From Candidatus Mcinerneyibacteriota bacterium (lineage in GTDB: Bacteria > Macinerneyibacteriota > Macinerneyibacteria > Macinerneyibacteriales > DSCS01), in the NCBI GenBank assembly GCA_016937175.1, contig JAFGWL010000001.1:1394-65393 (forward strand): a DNA stretch of 64,000 nt, written 5' to 3'. Within the stretch, counting starts at the first letter, position 1, and every line of letters begins with the position of its first letter. Shown here piece after piece: positions 19,155 through 29,094 of this stretch. The position numbers and the translations under genes were made by a program. The notes under the pieces were generated by a model that saw only the letters and a list, made by a program, of their open reading frames with translations, had not been told where the DNA came from and ran no database searches.

Positions 19155-21512
19155 GTGTTTGCCGAGATCGTCTTTCCCGATATTGAGGGCCGTTCATTTA
19201 CCTACTCTCTGACACCCGAACAGATTCCTGCGGCTCTTCGCGGAGCCCGTGTCCTGGTTCCTTTCCGAAGAGGGATCAAAAGAGGGTATCTTTTGAGCCT
19301 GAAAGAGGACCCGCCTCAAGGGGTTACTGTGCTGAAGGGAATCCTGGAGATCATAACCCCGGTCATCCCGGACAGCCTGTTTCGACTGGCACTCTGGATG
19401 GCGGACTATTATCTGGTCTCATACGGCAGGATGCTCCATACCGTCTATCCGGCGCCGGCCAGAGTAGCACATCATGAAGTCGTTCTCCCCGGCCCTCTCT
19501 TTTCAAAGGCCGTTCCCCGGCTCAAAGAACTCGTGTCCGAAAAAGGCATCAGGCTTGAGAAATTAAAAAAAGAAGGTCTCTGGGATGAGAGTGACATAGA
19601 GACTTTACTGGAGAAGGGGATCATCCGCAGTCAAGTCACCATCCGGGACGGGAAGAGAAAAGAAAGTATCATCGTCTATACAGGCCCTGAAACGTGCCCG
19701 GAGATCCCTGCCAGGGCAGCCCGGCAGCGGGAGATCCTGGACAGAGTCCTTGCTGTGGGCGGATCTCTGCCCTTGAAAGAGTTCGGCCGTTCATCGGCCA
19801 TACGCGCGTTGGAAAAAAAGGGACTTATCACTATCCGGGAGGACACTCTCAACGAAGCAGAGCAAAAACATCTTCCCTTTTCTCCCAACTTGAAGACTCT
19901 GACCGGCGAACAGGAAAAGGCTTATCGGGATATCTTTGAGACTTTAGAGAGAGGGTTTTCCGTTCACCTTATCCACGGGATCACGGGAAGCGGCAAGACA
20001 GAGGTCTATCTTCACCTTATGAAATCGGTTTTGGAAAAGGGAAAAGATGTCCTTTACCTTGTCCCGGAAGTGGCCCTGACTTCTCATCTGACCCACCGCC
20101 TTGAAGCTGCCCTGGGAGAAAGGGTCAATGTCCTGCACAGTTATATGGGGAAAAGAGACCGGTACGAGGCCTGGAACCGCGCGTTCCAATCAGCCGGAGA
20201 GGTCTTCATAGGACCCCGGTCCGCCCTCTTTACGCCCTCTCCGAACCTGGGCCTGATCATCGTGGACGAAGAGCATGAAAGCTCTTTCAAACAGGACGAA
20301 AACCCGCGCTACAATGGGCGGGATGCCGCCGTATACAGGGGAAAAGAGGAAGGTATCCCTGTCCTTCTCGGGAGTGCCACTCCCTCTGTGGAAAGCTACA
20401 CCAATGCCACCTTTCTCAATAAATACAAACTCCATACCTTGAAAGAACGTTATGATACAGCCGTCCTTCCCCGGGTCACCATAGTGGATATGCGTTCGGA
20501 GACATTCGACAGCGGTAAGACGTACCCTTTTTCAAGAGCCATGCTTGATCATCTTCGTAAAAGGAAGGAGAGGGGGGAACAATCGATCCTTTTTATGAAC
20601 AGAAAAGGGTATCATACCGCCCTCATCTGCAGCCGATGCGGAACCCCTCTGGAATGCCCCCACTGCTCTCACCTCCTGACCTATTATAAAGGGCGTCATA
20701 TTCTTCAATGTCACATCTGCTCTTCGCACTTCTCGCGAGATGAGGTCCGATGCCCCCGATGCGGAAACGACACCTTCACGGAAAGTGGAATGGGGACGGA
20801 AAAGGTGGATGAAAGGGTCAAACTGCTTCTGCCGGAGTTTACCGTCATGAGAATCGACGGGAGTACTGTGGGGCGTCATGACACTGCGAAAATATTATTC
20901 AACGATTTTGAAAAAGGAAAGGCCGATATTCTCATAGGGACCCAGATGGTAGCCAAGGGAATTGATTTTGAAAATGTGACATTTGTCGGAATCCTTTCTG
21001 CCGACGCTATGATGAATCTTCCTGATTTCAGGGCTAATGAAAGAACATTTCAGCTGATCAGCCAGGTCTGTGGCCGGTCAGGACGGGGGAAAAAACGGGG
21101 AGAAGCCTTGATCCAGACATGGATGCCGGGCCATTATGTTATACAAAGTGCCCTGAACCATGACTATGAGATGTTTTTCAATTCAGAAATCACTTATCGA
21201 AAAGAGTTGGACTACCCACCATTTACACGACTCTGCCGGGTTATTTTCGAGAATAAAGACAAGGAGGAGCTGGAAAAGGAATGTCTGGAGTTGGAAAAGG
21301 CGCTGAACCGGCTGACAGGATCCTCGGTTACGGCCTTTTTTCAAACCTTTGAAAAGACTCCACGGCGCGCTGATTTCTACAGAGCCTTTCTCCTGTTGAA
21401 ATCCCGGGAGACCGGGGATCTCAGAAGGACAGTACTCCTGATAAAAAAAAGAAGCCGGAAGATGAGATCCCGTTTTCTGGCTGATATGGATCCTGTCTAT
21501 TTAGGGCTTTAG
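19155..21512 (+). CDS. priA: Primosomal protein N'
   Basis: GITGSGKTEVY, DEEHESSFKQ, Zn-binding Cys cluster, GTQMVAKG, QVCGRSGR. Confidence 0.96.
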   Translation: MFAEIVFPDIEGRSFTYSLTPEQIPAALRGARVLVPFRRGIKRGYLLSLKEDPPQGVTVLKGILEIITPVIPDSLFRLALWMADYYLVSYGRMLHTVYPAPARVAHHEVVLPGPLFSKAVPRLKELVSEKGIRLEKLKKEGLWDESDIETLLEKGIIRSQVTIRDGKRKESIIVYTGPETCPEIPARAARQREILDRVLAVGGSLPLKEFGRSSAIRALEKKGLITIREDTLNEAEQKHLPFSPNLKTLTGEQEKAYRDIFETLERGFSVHLIHGITGSGKTEVYLHLMKSVLEKGKDVLYLVPEVALTSHLTHRLEAALGERVNVLHSYMGKRDRYEAWNRAFQSAGEVFIGPRSALFTPSPNLGLIIVDEEHESSFKQDENPRYNGRDAAVYRGKEEGIPVLLGSATPSVESYTNATFLNKYKLHTLKERYDTAVLPRVTIVDMRSETFDSGKTYPFSRAMLDHLRKRKERGEQSILFMNRKGYHTALICSRCGTPLECPHCSHLLTYYKGRHILQCHICSSHFSRDEVRCPRCGNDTFTESGMGTEKVDERVKLLLPEFTVMRIDGSTVGRHDTAKILFNDFEKGKADILIGTQMVAKGIDFENVTFVGILSADAMMNLPDFRANERTFQLISQVCGRSGRGKKRGEALIQTWMPGHYVIQSALNHDYEMFFNSEITYRKELDYPPFTRLCRVIFENKDKEELEKECLELEKALNRLTGSSVTAFFQTFEKTPRRADFYRAFLLLKSRETGDLRRTVLLIKKRSRKMRSRFLADMDPVYLGL

Positions 21513-24500
21513 CTTGCAGCGGAAGATCTGATAGAATTTGTCCACAAGATTATAGTGGCCTTCGTTGTATTCTGTCTCTGTCGTCGGAGACGAAAAGATG
21601 ATGAACCCTTTTCCGAAATCTTCTCTGAAGTTAAAGATGAGGTCGTAATGAATGGGGCCGGTCTTTTCTTTCAGGTAGCGCCAATTCGCCAGAATATGAT
21701 ACCCCGGGTCGAGAGAAGAGATCTCCTCAGGGTCGAAGAGACAGTTTTCCTGGATGTTTTCCGTACTTTCTCCGGAAATCGCGGTAAAGCGGTAGGCATA
21801 ATGAGTATGGGGAACAGCGATGATGAGCCTTTTGATCATCTCTTCAAAAATCAGGGCAGGATTCTCGGACGTGATATCAAAAAACTCAAGAAGATTCCGG
21901 ACCATATTTTCAGAACGGGAAAAATCGTCTGTTATGATGCCGTAGAGAGAGTCTTTTTTGTGGGATTGGGAACGCAACGCTTTGTTCCAGAAAAGAGAGC
22001 GGTTTCTACCCCGGTTTTTGGCTTCAAGAAGAGCAGAGTCGGCCTGATTGATCAGAATGTTGATCCATTCCGAGTCATCCGGGTATATGGCACACCCTAT
22101 GCTGACAGTAATGGGCATATTCTGCAAGATCTTAATCTTTTCAATGGATTGGCGTAATTCTTCAGTCTTTTTTTCCGCGTCCTGCCTGGTCATATTGAAC
22201 AGTACGGCGATGAACTCTTCTCCGCCGTAGCGTCCGATGAGGTCGTTGCGCCGGATCCCCTTTTTCAGCTGAGAAGCGATTTTCCAAAGGACTTCATCGC
22301 CCTTCTGGTGTCCGTAACGGTCATTGACCTTCTTAAAGTGGTCTATATCGATCATGAGAAAGGCGCACTTGTTTTCCGGCCCTTTTTGGTGTCGCAGACG
22401 GGTTTTCAACTCCTTTAAAAAAGCATGACGGGTGAGAAGGTATGTGGTCTTATCCAGAATAATGTCTTCATGAAGCTGGTTATAGAGGATGATCATCTGT
22501 ATCAGTTCGGTATAGGCTTTAATGGCATCGACAGAAGAGGGGGTGATATTGGAAAGGGGAAGTTTCGTGTCGGCGTAGATATAACCCAGATAGATATCGG
22601 AAAAAGAGATACTCTTCATCCTTTTTTCGCGGCGGTAAGAAAGGCTCTTTTTGGTGGGATTGATGAGAGGGATGACAAGAGACGTCAGGGGGGATCCGAA
22701 TGAGTACTCCTTCTTGATGACATAATCCCCATTGATGTAAGAGTTCTGGACCAGGGTCTCGTCGCAAGTCTCCCGGGTGCTGTAGAGTCGGGAGTTGACA
22801 GATTTTACCTCTCCGAAAGAGCCATGGCTGTCATTAAGGGAGATCATGATCCTTTCCACCAGGAGATATTTCCTTAAAAAGAGCAGGATAAGTCGGACAG
22901 AATCTTTAAAGTCGGAAGACCAGAGAGAACGGTTCAGCGCCTGAGCTTTCCGGATATTGTCCTTTGTAAAATCCCGGTAAAGGAATGACTGTACTTTTTT
23001 AACCACAACATCGGTATTCTGTGAAAGGATGTTTTGTGACGAAGGAAGAGAGGAGAAGACGGCAGCGACTTCCCCGGTCGCAGACCGGATATTTTCCAGG
23101 GACATCCACCCCCGGCGAAGGTCCGGAGAAAGGTTGTCATGGACCATCTTCAGAGAAAAGTAGAGAAGAAGGGCGACATTATAAAATTTTACTTTGTTGG
23201 TGCCCGAAAGAGAAAGTAGCTCCCGTGCGATCAGGTCGATATTTTTGAAATCCTTTTTGCGTATAGCAGCCAGCATGCCTTTTTCAAGAAGAGATGCAGC
23301 TTTTTTCTCTTCTTCCTCGACAAGACCCTGGTAAAAAAGCCAATTAAACTCTTTCTCCTGATTTTTGGCATCGGGATAGAGTCTGTTTAGTTTCTCCCAC
23401 AAGGCTTTTTTGTCTCCCTGTCGTCCGAGGCGGTGATAGGCATAGAGGAGATTCAACATCACTTCAAGCGTCTCCTGAATAGGAGCCTGAGCTGAGACAT
23501 TGTCTTTTTCAGCCTCTTGTCGGGAGAGGTAGGACTCCAGGGCGTCTACTTCACGCAGGGTCTTTCCTGTACAAAAGTAATAGTAGGCCTTATCTGTGAG
23601 ATAGAGGCTTTCCCATCGGAGTTTATTAATAAGTTCGGAACGGCGGGAATATTTTCTAAACAACCTCAGAAAGAAAAAAGCCTTCCTCCTTTGTCCTGTA
23701 CGCATATAGAGACGGGCTCCGCTGGAGAGAAAGATAAGATATCCCGGGATACTCTTCTTGTGATTGGGGGCGATAACGGAGCGGGCATAGTCTCTGAAGG
23801 CTTCGAGGGCTTCCTCGAAACGGCCGCAGTCCTGATAGGATTCTACAATGTTGAAAAAAGCCGAATCGGCGAGGGCTGCCGCCTGATGTTTCTTTGCAAT
23901 GGCGATGGTCTCTTTCAGGTCTTCAATGGCCCTTTCATTGTCAAAATAGATATAATACTTTGCTACGACGCGGGAATTTAAAATGGAGATCATCTCTTCA
24001 TAACTCTGCGTCGTCTCTGCCAGAGCATAGGCTTTGTTTAAATACTCCAGAGCCATGGAATAATTACCGTCGGACAGGTATGACTGAGCCATCTGTAAAA
24101 GAGCATGCAGTTTAGCCTTATTCACTTGATAGGGTTCCCCTTTGAGGCGTTTCAAGACCTCCTTTCCCCGTTGTCTGAGAAGGGCATGCTTTTTTGTAAT
24201 GATAAGGAGGTTGAAATAATTCATGATGAAATTGGAGAGCTCTTTTTTGATCCCAAACCGGAGAAGATAGCCATAGACAGCTTCATAAAGGCCAAGAGCA
24301 TGCCTGTCTTTGTATCGCCCGGAATAGATCATTCCTTTGACGTTCAGAAAATAGTAACGGAAATCGGTATTCTTCTCAATTTTGGAAAGAAGAGCTCCTT
24401 TCCGGCACAGGCGCAGAGAAGATTCATACTCATTTAGAAAGAAAAGGAGTTTGCTGTAATTGAGGTAATAACTCAACAGATGGTCATGACGAAGTTTATC

Positions 24501-26615
24501 TGCATCAATGGATTTAAAGATCTCTAAAGCCAACTCATCTTTGTTGGCATAATAGTAGAAGAGGCCCAGGGCTTCACGGCCACGGTAGAAGAGTTCACAG
24601 TGCGGAAGGAGAGGAAGCGTCTCTTCCAGGAGAGATACCGCCTGACGGACTTCAGGCCGGTGGGTTTCGCGTGCATAACGTTTGAGGAAACGGATATTAA
24701 AACGGCAAAAGAGGCGGGGCATCTTTTCTTTGATGTCTTTCATCTTCACCAGTAGAAAAGAGAATGATTCGAGGGAGGCGAAAGAATCGGGGTTATCCAA
24801 AAGAAATGCGATGGTTCTCCGGGCGTAGATTTCCGGAGGCGGGTACTCTTCCAGAAGAAAAGTGACAAAAAGCTGACCCTTGATGCTTAAGACGGGAGTC
24901 TTCCCTCCTGTGACGATCAGAAGATTTTCTTTGACCAGGTTGTGGAACCTCTTCTCAAGATCGGGGATGTCGCTGAAAAGAAGGCGGGCGTCTTCCCAGG
25001 GAATATATTTTTCATAGAAGGCCAAGGTCGAAAGGATGATCCTCTCCTCACAGGAAAGACGGTCTACCCGTTGATGCCACAAATTGTCATAGGAAAAGGA
25101 GAAGGGGTATTCAATGATCCTGTCAGGGTCGAATTGATAGCGGCCCCGGGAATAGGTGACAAGTCCTTCTTCCAGGGCTGCCCGGGAGAGGGTGGCCAGA
25201 AGAGCGCATTTGCCTTTGGTCTTCTGGTACAGGACTTCAAAGAAGGGGACGTAATATCCGTCGAGAGTCCTGGGAAGGAGGAAAATCTGACGTACAGCAT
25301 CCCGGAAGACTTCTTCGGGAAGGGTTTCAAAGGTAAAGGAAGCGATGGCGTTGGAATCCTGAAGGACTCTTTTCCGGAACTCCAGGGGAAAAGTGAGGTC
25401 GAAGAAGATCCAGGTGATGTTGTTCCCTTTAAGCCCGTTCATGAGGTAAAGGAGGAAAGAGGCGATTTCTTCCCGTTTGGATGTTATGTAGGTGACAGAG
25501 ATGGTCAATCTGTATTTATCCGAAAGGGACTGGAGGATCGTGAGTAGACGGTTATAGACGATGAATTTACTGTCCCCCATAAGGACGGAATCATCCCAGG
25601 CCAGGATCTTTTTGATCTCAGGAGCCTCAGGGTCAAGGTATTTGTTTTCCACATCGATATGCTGGAAATCTTTGATCAGGGTGTTCAAAGTGTCCATGAT
25701 CGTGTTGGCCTTGAAACGGATCAAAAAAGGAGTCTCCAGCTGCAGGATCTCAAGGGCTTCATAAAAGACGGGGATGACTTCGCTGTAAATATCTCCCGCC
25801 AGGAAAAGGACCTTATTCCTCTCCTGGGGGATTTTTAGAAACTCACCGACAGGAGCGAAATGTTTCTTTAATCCAAGGGTACTGACTGTATAATAATGAT
25901 CCACATTGGGATGAGCGGGCAGTAGGGGAGAACCGGGGCTGTGGGCATTAAAGATATCGAACAGCTGTTCTAATTCATGGCCCTGTTCAAAATCGGTTGT
26001 CTCCCGTGCTTCTTTAAGAAAGGATGAGAAGGCGGGAAATTTGTCATCAGAGAATTGACTTAATAGATGGATAAGGTCGGCAAAGTCACCTGCACGTTTC
26101 ATCCGGATGAGAGATTCACTCCCTTCCAGGACTTCCGAGATTCCGAAGTCGAGAAATTTGACAGTATGCTCTTCCTGTGTGATGTAGATATTCCTGCTGC
26201 TGATGTCATTATGGAGAAATCCGTTGAAGTGGATGTAATTTAGAGTCGAGAAAAGTTCTCCGACTATGCGAAAGAGTTCCTTTTCATCAAGGACGAAGCG
26301 GAGTCCCTCAAGAAATTCCCATCCATCGATAAGATCCATAGAAAAGAGGTAGTATTGGGAGGGGACCAGATGCCCGTCGACGGACCAGATGGCACTGAAA
26401 TCGTGGACTCCCACGATGTTGGGATGGCGGAGAGACCGCAGGATCTGAAACTCCTGCTTGAAGTATTCCAGGCTCGGGGTCTCCGGCATATCAAAGTTTA
26501 TGATCTTGACGATGACATCGGCGGAGAGAGAAAGGTCCCGGGCTTTGTAAACAATACCCATGGAGCCTTCTCCTATCTTGGAGATGATGGAATACCGATT
26601 ATTGATGAGTTTCAT
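21501..26615 (-). CDS. Multidomain signalling protein: Ser/Thr kinase-like, degenerate NTPase/helical (TPR-like) region, GAF-like segment, GGDEF diguanylate cyclase
   Basis: IGEGSMGIVYKA, HPNIV, HNDISSRN, DFG; MIDIDHFKKVNDRYGHQKGD, RRND I-site, RYGGEEF, AKNRGRN. Confidence 0.85.
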   Translation of the reverse strand: MKLINNRYSIISKIGEGSMGIVYKARDLSLSADVIVKIINFDMPETPSLEYFKQEFQILRSLRHPNIVGVHDFSAIWSVDGHLVPSQYYLFSMDLIDGWEFLEGLRFVLDEKELFRIVGELFSTLNYIHFNGFLHNDISSRNIYITQEEHTVKFLDFGISEVLEGSESLIRMKRAGDFADLIHLLSQFSDDKFPAFSSFLKEARETTDFEQGHELEQLFDIFNAHSPGSPLLPAHPNVDHYYTVSTLGLKKHFAPVGEFLKIPQERNKVLFLAGDIYSEVIPVFYEALEILQLETPFLIRFKANTIMDTLNTLIKDFQHIDVENKYLDPEAPEIKKILAWDDSVLMGDSKFIVYNRLLTILQSLSDKYRLTISVTYITSKREEIASFLLYLMNGLKGNNITWIFFDLTFPLEFRKRVLQDSNAIASFTFETLPEEVFRDAVRQIFLLPRTLDGYYVPFFEVLYQKTKGKCALLATLSRAALEEGLVTYSRGRYQFDPDRIIEYPFSFSYDNLWHQRVDRLSCEERIILSTLAFYEKYIPWEDARLLFSDIPDLEKRFHNLVKENLLIVTGGKTPVLSIKGQLFVTFLLEEYPPPEIYARRTIAFLLDNPDSFASLESFSFLLVKMKDIKEKMPRLFCRFNIRFLKRYARETHRPEVRQAVSLLEETLPLLPHCELFYRGREALGLFYYYANKDELALEIFKSIDADKLRHDHLLSYYLNYSKLLFFLNEYESSLRLCRKGALLSKIEKNTDFRYYFLNVKGMIYSGRYKDRHALGLYEAVYGYLLRFGIKKELSNFIMNYFNLLIITKKHALLRQRGKEVLKRLKGEPYQVNKAKLHALLQMAQSYLSDGNYSMALEYLNKAYALAETTQSYEEMISILNSRVVAKYYIYFDNERAIEDLKETIAIAKKHQAAALADSAFFNIVESYQDCGRFEEALEAFRDYARSVIAPNHKKSIPGYLIFLSSGARLYMRTGQRRKAFFFLRLFRKYSRRSELINKLRWESLYLTDKAYYYFCTGKTLREVDALESYLSRQEAEKDNVSAQAPIQETLEVMLNLLYAYHRLGRQGDKKALWEKLNRLYPDAKNQEKEFNWLFYQGLVEEEEKKAASLLEKGMLAAIRKKDFKNIDLIARELLSLSGTNKVKFYNVALLLYFSLKMVHDNLSPDLRRGWMSLENIRSATGEVAAVFSSLPSSQNILSQNTDVVVKKVQSFLYRDFTKDNIRKAQALNRSLWSSDFKDSVRLILLFLRKYLLVERIMISLNDSHGSFGEVKSVNSRLYSTRETCDETLVQNSYINGDYVIKKEYSFGSPLTSLVIPLINPTKKSLSYRREKRMKSISFSDIYLGYIYADTKLPLSNITPSSVDAIKAYTELIQMIILYNQLHEDIILDKTTYLLTRHAFLKELKTRLRHQKGPENKCAFLMIDIDHFKKVNDRYGHQKGDEVLWKIASQLKKGIRRNDLIGRYGGEEFIAVLFNMTRQDAEKKTEELRQSIEKIKILQNMPITVSIGCAIYPDDSEWINILINQADSALLEAKNRGRNRSLFWNKALRSQSHKKDSLYGIITDDFSRSENMVRNLLEFFDITSENPALIFEEMIKRLIIAVPHTHYAYRFTAISGESTENIQENCLFDPEEISSLDPGYHILANWRYLKEKTGPIHYDLIFNFREDFGKGFIIFSSPTTETEYNEGHYNLVDKFYQIFRCKLKP

Positions 26616-26670
26616 ATACTATAGTATAGACCTTCCCCCAGGTCCGTTCAAGGGGGCACTGCTTTTTATC

Positions 26671-27324
26671 TTACTCCCGTAAAGATTCCGGCAGAAGGAG
26701 GTCATAAGCCTTGTAGTTTTTCCTTAAAAGATTGTGGCCCATTTTATAGATCCCATATGTGATAAACGGTGCCGCGTAGACATCGATGGCATAGTGGATC
26801 TTCATCAGGAGAACCCCTGAAGCTTCGACGAGGGTGGACATGAGAAAAAAGTAACGCAGATATTTAGTCTTGTCCCTTGTGATCAGATAACAGAGAAAAG
26901 GAAAGGCTGTGTGACCGGAGAAGAAAAGATCGTTATAGATGGGGTCCCACGTTTCATGGATGGCATTGGCCGGGTAAGTCAGAGACGTTGTGGGGAGGAT
27001 GATGAATTTGGAAAAATACATGAGCGTGAAGAGCTTGATATAAAACGGCATCCGCTGGGGTTCCCTGGCGAGGACCCAGGCAGTAAAGACTGCAAATAAA
27101 AGGTAGATGTAGTTGGAGGCGATAAAATCAAGATTGACGGAAGGAAGAGCATTAAGCAGCTCATCGTTTACCGGGTTGTAGGGGAGTTGTGCCAGGTACC
27201 CGGCCAGAAGTACGTTAAAATAGTAGAGATAGAACCAGAGAAGGACTCCCAGAGAGAGGAGCAGGTCTCCGGCAAAACGGGGGTTACGCAGAAGGGAAAA
27301 GATCTTTTTTGTCCAGTATTTCAT
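26671..27324 (-). CDS. PAP2-superfamily, sphingomyelin/IPC-synthase-like membrane phosphotransferase
   Basis: DLFFSGHT and HYAIDV motifs, multiple TMs. Confidence 0.75.
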   Translation of the reverse strand: MKYWTKKIFSLLRNPRFAGDLLLSLGVLLWFYLYYFNVLLAGYLAQLPYNPVNDELLNALPSVNLDFIASNYIYLLFAVFTAWVLAREPQRMPFYIKLFTLMYFSKFIILPTTSLTYPANAIHETWDPIYNDLFFSGHTAFPFLCYLITRDKTKYLRYFFLMSTLVEASGVLLMKIHYAIDVYAAPFITYGIYKMGHNLLRKNYKAYDLLLPESLRE

Positions 27325-28193
27325 TCATTTACCTCGATATTGAGCAGGTCCAGGATGCGGGTCAGGTCTTCCTCGGAGTAATATTTGATAGAAAGGGAGC
27401 CTCCTGAGGGGGTATGGGTGATGGAGACCCGTGTTCCGAAATATTCCTGAAGACGGTGTTCCAGGAACTCGATTCCGGGATCCTTCTGGGCAGGGGAGGA
27501 AGACTTGGGGCGGCGGGAGACCTCTTTCTTGGAAGCGGCCATTTTTTCAAGCTCCCGGACACTGAGCCCCTCTTCGGTAACAGCCTTAAGAAGCTTAAGC
27601 CGGATGGAGGAATTTTCAAAAGAGAGGAGGGCCCGGCCGTGGCCGGCGGAGATCTTGTCGTCTTCAATGGCTTTGATGATCTCTGGCTCCAGCTTCAGCA
27701 AGCGTAGGGTGTTGGTGACATAAACCCTGCTCTTAGAGACTACACGGGCCACATCCTGCTGGGTCAATCCGTTTTCCTCTATGAGCCGCTGGTAACCCAG
27801 GGCTTCTTCGATGGGGTTAAGGTCTTCCCGCTGGAGATTTTCGATGAGAGCCATGACAAGCATCTGGCTTTCGTTTGTGATATCCCTGATGATGACGGGG
27901 ATCTTTTTATAGCCCAGGCGGAGCATGGCCCGGAAACGTCTTTCTCCGGAAATGATCTCATAGGAGTCTTTCCCGGACCGGCGCACCGTCACAGGCTGGA
28001 GCAAGCCGTTTTCTTTAATGGAATCGGCCAGGGATTGGATCTCCTCCTCGTGGAAGAGGTTTCGGGGCTGGAACCGGTTGGGTTTGACAGCTTCAGCCGG
28101 AACTTCCACGTAAAGGCTCTCCCCCCCCTCTGAAAAGGGCTCGGAATCGGGGATGAGAGCGCCGAGGCCCTTACCTAACGCTTTCTTTTTCAT
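27321..28193 (-). CDS. parB: Chromosome partitioning protein ParB/Spo0J
   Basis: LGKGLGALIP, PNRFQPR, GLLQPV, GERRFRA, ENLQREDLNPIEEA. Confidence 0.96.
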   Translation of the reverse strand: MKKKALGKGLGALIPDSEPFSEGGESLYVEVPAEAVKPNRFQPRNLFHEEEIQSLADSIKENGLLQPVTVRRSGKDSYEIISGERRFRAMLRLGYKKIPVIIRDITNESQMLVMALIENLQREDLNPIEEALGYQRLIEENGLTQQDVARVVSKSRVYVTNTLRLLKLEPEIIKAIEDDKISAGHGRALLSFENSSIRLKLLKAVTEEGLSVRELEKMAASKKEVSRRPKSSSPAQKDPGIEFLEHRLQEYFGTRVSITHTPSGGSLSIKYYSEEDLTRILDLLNIEVNE

Positions 28194-28947
28194 GATGGAG
28201 TACCTCCTCGACAAATTGCATATATGAAGTCGCGCCGGCTGATTTGATATCGTAGAAAATAATGGGAAGTCCGAACGAGGGTGCTTCACTGAGTTTTACG
28301 TTGCGGGGAATGACTGTATTGTAGACCTTCTCCTTGAAATAGGCCCGGATATCATCAACGACTTGCTGAGCCAGATTGATGCGTTTGTCGAACATGGTCA
28401 GGAGGATCCCCTGGATGTAAAGTTGAGGGTTAAGGTTCTTTTTGATAAGGTTAAACGTATGGACGAGCTGTGCGACTCCTTCCAAAGCATAATATTCGCA
28501 TTGAATGGGGATGATCAGTCCTTGAGAAGCCACCAAAGCGTTGATGGTCAGAAGACCCAGAGAGGGCGGAGAATCGATGATAATATAATCATAGTCTTCT
28601 TTCAGGGGCTCCAGGATATTTTTCAGCTGCATCTCACGGGCCATGACACCGACAAGCTCCACCTGAGCGCCGCTCAGATCAGCATGTGAAGGAAGCAGGT
28701 CCAAATTTTTGATCCCTGTCTTCATAATAACATTTTCTACCGCCTCATGCTTGATCAGGACATCGTAGATGGAGACGGCGATGCTCTCCTTGTTGATTCC
28801 GATACCGCTGACGGCATTGGCCTGTGGGTCAACATCGACCAGCAGGACGGATTTCCCGTATACGGCCAGACAGGCGGCCATATTCACCGCTGTGGTCGTT
28901 TTTCCCACGCCGCCCTTTTGATTGACTATTGAAATGACACGTCCCAT
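28171..28947 (-). CDS. parA: Chromosome partitioning ATPase ParA/Soj
   Basis: NQKGGVGKTTT, DVDPQAN, DSPPSLG, QCEYYALEG, IPRNVKLSEAPSFG. Confidence 0.96.
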   Translation of the reverse strand: MGRVISIVNQKGGVGKTTTAVNMAACLAVYGKSVLLVDVDPQANAVSGIGINKESIAVSIYDVLIKHEAVENVIMKTGIKNLDLLPSHADLSGAQVELVGVMAREMQLKNILEPLKEDYDYIIIDSPPSLGLLTINALVASQGLIIPIQCEYYALEGVAQLVHTFNLIKKNLNPQLYIQGILLTMFDKRINLAQQVVDDIRAYFKEKVYNTVIPRNVKLSEAPSFGLPIIFYDIKSAGATSYMQFVEEVLHHEKESVR

Positions 28948-28971
28948 AAATCACCACCTGAAAATAAACTA

Positions 28972-28987
28972 TGTTTCACGTGAAACC
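28972..28987. promoter_or_regulatory. parS site (1 mismatch)
   Basis: TGTTTCACGTGAAACC between parA promoter and RBS. Confidence 0.88.
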
Positions 28988-29046
28988 CCGCGAAATGTAT
29001 GATAACACCCTTTAAAAAGGGGCGCAATGTAAAAGTCTGAAGAAGA

Positions 29047-29062
29047 TGTTTCACGTGAAACA
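29047..29062. promoter_or_regulatory. parS site (perfect)
   Basis: TGTTTCACGTGAAACA palindrome. Confidence 0.93.
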
Positions 29063-29068
29063 GTTAAG

Positions 29069-29091
29069 GGGGGGCGGGAAGCCCGCCCCCC
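29069..29091 (-). terminator. GC-rich hairpin after thrS
   Basis: GGGGGGCGGG-AAG-CCCGCCCCCC directly after thrS stop. Confidence 0.7.
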
Positions 29092-29094
29092 TGG

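Noticed and set aside
21501-26615. Anti-phage Avs/STAND defence system
   Set aside because: Walker A appears lost and the output is a GGDEF cyclase, not a nuclease or other toxic effector; no defence-island context
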